Assembly (NCBI GenBank): GCA_902774265.1
Contig: CACYHR010000007.1
Location: 6,141 to 70,140, forward strand
Reading direction: 5' to 3'
Length of the DNA: 64,000 nucleotides
From: an uncultured Eubacteriales bacterium
GTDB lineage: Bacteria > Bacillota > Clostridia > Peptostreptococcales > Anaerovoracaceae
Under the pieces are notes generated by a model. It worked only from the letters and a program-made list of their open reading frames with translations. It ran no database searches and was not told where the DNA came from. The translations under genes were made by a program, and so were the position numbers. Positions 62,888-64,000 of the stretch are shown here, in pieces. The first letter of the stretch is position 1, and each line of letters begins with the position of its first letter.

Positions 62888-63928
62888 CTATTTTCCGTAT
62901 CCCTCCGGGTTGCTGCTCTGCCATTTCCACGCATCACGACAGATTTCTCTGATACCGCGGCTTGCCTTCCATCCGAGCAGCTCTTTTGCCTTATCTGCAT
63001 CAGCCCAGCTATCCTGAACATCACCGGCTCTTCTCGGTCCAATCTCATATTTTACCGGCTTTCCGCAGGCTTCACCGAATGCCTTAACCATGTCCAGTAC
63101 GCTGTACGGCTCGCCTGTACCGAGATTGATCACCTCGGTTCCCTTGTGTGCGGCGCAGTATTCTGCTGCTTTGACATGACCCTCAGCAAGGTCCATTACA
63201 TGTATGTAATCACGCCTGCATGTCCCGTCAGGCGTATCGTAGTCATTGCCGAACACTGTCAGATGATCGCGCCTTCCCACCGCTACCTGCGATATATACG
63301 GCATCAGATTGTTAGGTATACCTTTCGGATCCTCTCCTATCAGTCCGCTCTCATGAGCTCCCACCGGATTAAAATATCTGAGCAGCACTACCGAAAGACC
63401 GGCACTGCCGCCGGATGCATCGCCGGCACTTGCTTTCTGCGCATCGGTCAGGATCTGCTCCTGCATCCACTTTGTCCATCCGTAAGGATTGGTACAGCTG
63501 CCTTTAGGCATATTCTCCGTGAAAGGCGGTATATTATCCTCACCGTATACAGTCGCCGAGCTCGAGAACACTATATTGCCGAGGCCAAGTTCCTTCATGC
63601 ATTCGAGCAGTGTCAGCGTCGTGTCTATATTATTCCTGTAATATTCGACAGGCTTTTCGACAGATTCTCCGACAGCCTTGAGTCCGGCAAAATGTATTAT
63701 GCAGTCAGGCATCTCCCCGGCAAGGATTTCTTTCATTTTACTCTTGTCTGCAACATCAGCTTCATACATGCTGACGCTTTTTCCCGTGATCTTTTCCACA
63801 CGTCTGATGGCTTCCTCAGAACTGTTATAGTAATTATCGACCACGGCAACCTCGTGCCCTGCCTCCAGCATCGCCACAGCTGTATGTGATCCTATATAAC
63901 CCGCTCCGCCTGTAAGAAGTGCTTTCAT
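62888..63928 (-). CDS. galE: UDP-glucose 4-epimerase
   Basis: Motifs MKALLTGGAGYIGSH, SSSATVYG, NPYGWTKWM and RYFNPVGAH. ATG at 63928 with AGGAGG upstream. The track start at 63976 adds 16 unlikely residues. Confidence 0.9.
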   Translation of the reverse strand: MKALLTGGAGYIGSHTAVAMLEAGHEVAVVDNYYNSSEEAIRRVEKITGKSVSMYEADVADKSKMKEILAGEMPDCIIHFAGLKAVGESVEKPVEYYRNNIDTTLTLLECMKELGLGNIVFSSSATVYGEDNIPPFTENMPKGSCTNPYGWTKWMQEQILTDAQKASAGDASGGSAGLSVVLLRYFNPVGAHESGLIGEDPKGIPNNLMPYISQVAVGRRDHLTVFGNDYDTPDGTCRRDYIHVMDLAEGHVKAAEYCAAHKGTEVINLGTGEPYSVLDMVKAFGEACGKPVKYEIGPRRAGDVQDSWADADKAKELLGWKASRGIREICRDAWKWQSSNPEGYGK

Positions 63929-64000
63929 CTGAGAACCTCCTGTTTTCACAATAATAATTCTTTCGTGCAAACGCATACTTATTCAGATATAATAGTATCA

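Noticed and set aside
1-64000. Scan for CRISPR arrays, tRNA/rRNA genes, IS elements, integrases, toxin-antitoxin or phage-defence gene sets.
   Set aside because: I saw no regularly spaced repeats, no cloverleaf-like or rRNA-like segments, and no ORF with transposase, recombinase, nuclease or helicase motifs. Every sizeable ORF is accounted for by envelope or central-metabolism functions.

Overview
This 64-kb window is a cell-envelope glycopolymer super-locus, with 42 of 46 CDS on the minus strand. The gene content points to a low/mid-GC Gram-positive (Firmicutes, Clostridia-like), but the taxon cannot be fixed from sequence alone. I saw no rRNA, tRNA, CRISPR array, transposase, integrase or prophage genes.

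Modules recognised from the translated ORFs:
- Wall-teichoic-acid-type core: TagO/WecA-like initiating transferase, an LCP ligase, a TagG/TagH-like ABC exporter, and seven genes carrying eight TagB/TagF-family (CDP-glycerol glycerophosphotransferase) domains, one of them a 1041-aa double-domain fusion.
- Decoration genes: an LtaS/GacH-family phosphoglycerol transferase with an extra N-terminal module, a CE4 deacetylase, an Acyltransferase_3 protein, an MBOAT+DHHW O-acylation pair, and a Dlt-like carrier/ligase set in non-canonical order built around an AlgI-type MBOAT.
- A tightly packed cassette of three ATP-grasp ligases, a PaaK/CapK-type adenylating enzyme, two GtrB/CsbB/ArnC-type polyprenyl-phosphate GT2s and a Wzx-like flippase.
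- Sugar-nucleotide and central genes: rfbB, wecE, ugd, galE, pgi, ldh, dtd.
- Peptidoglycan remodelling enzymes (three NlpC/P60-type, two L,D-transpeptidases) and a triplicated family of secreted FN3/Ig/propeller-like proteins.

Most noteworthy observations:
- The ATP-grasp/PaaK/GtrB/Wzx cassette is a candidate aminoacyl- or peptidyl-sugar decoration pathway.
- A ~116-nt structured intergenic element is present twice 20 kb apart, identical at 115 of 116 aligned positions, plus a 17-nt fragment at a third gene junction.
- The only ABC ATPase in the locus has every catalytic motif substituted.
- The Dlt-like system is a hybrid of Dlt and AlgI-type parts.

All functional calls come from by-eye motif recognition; no database search was run.
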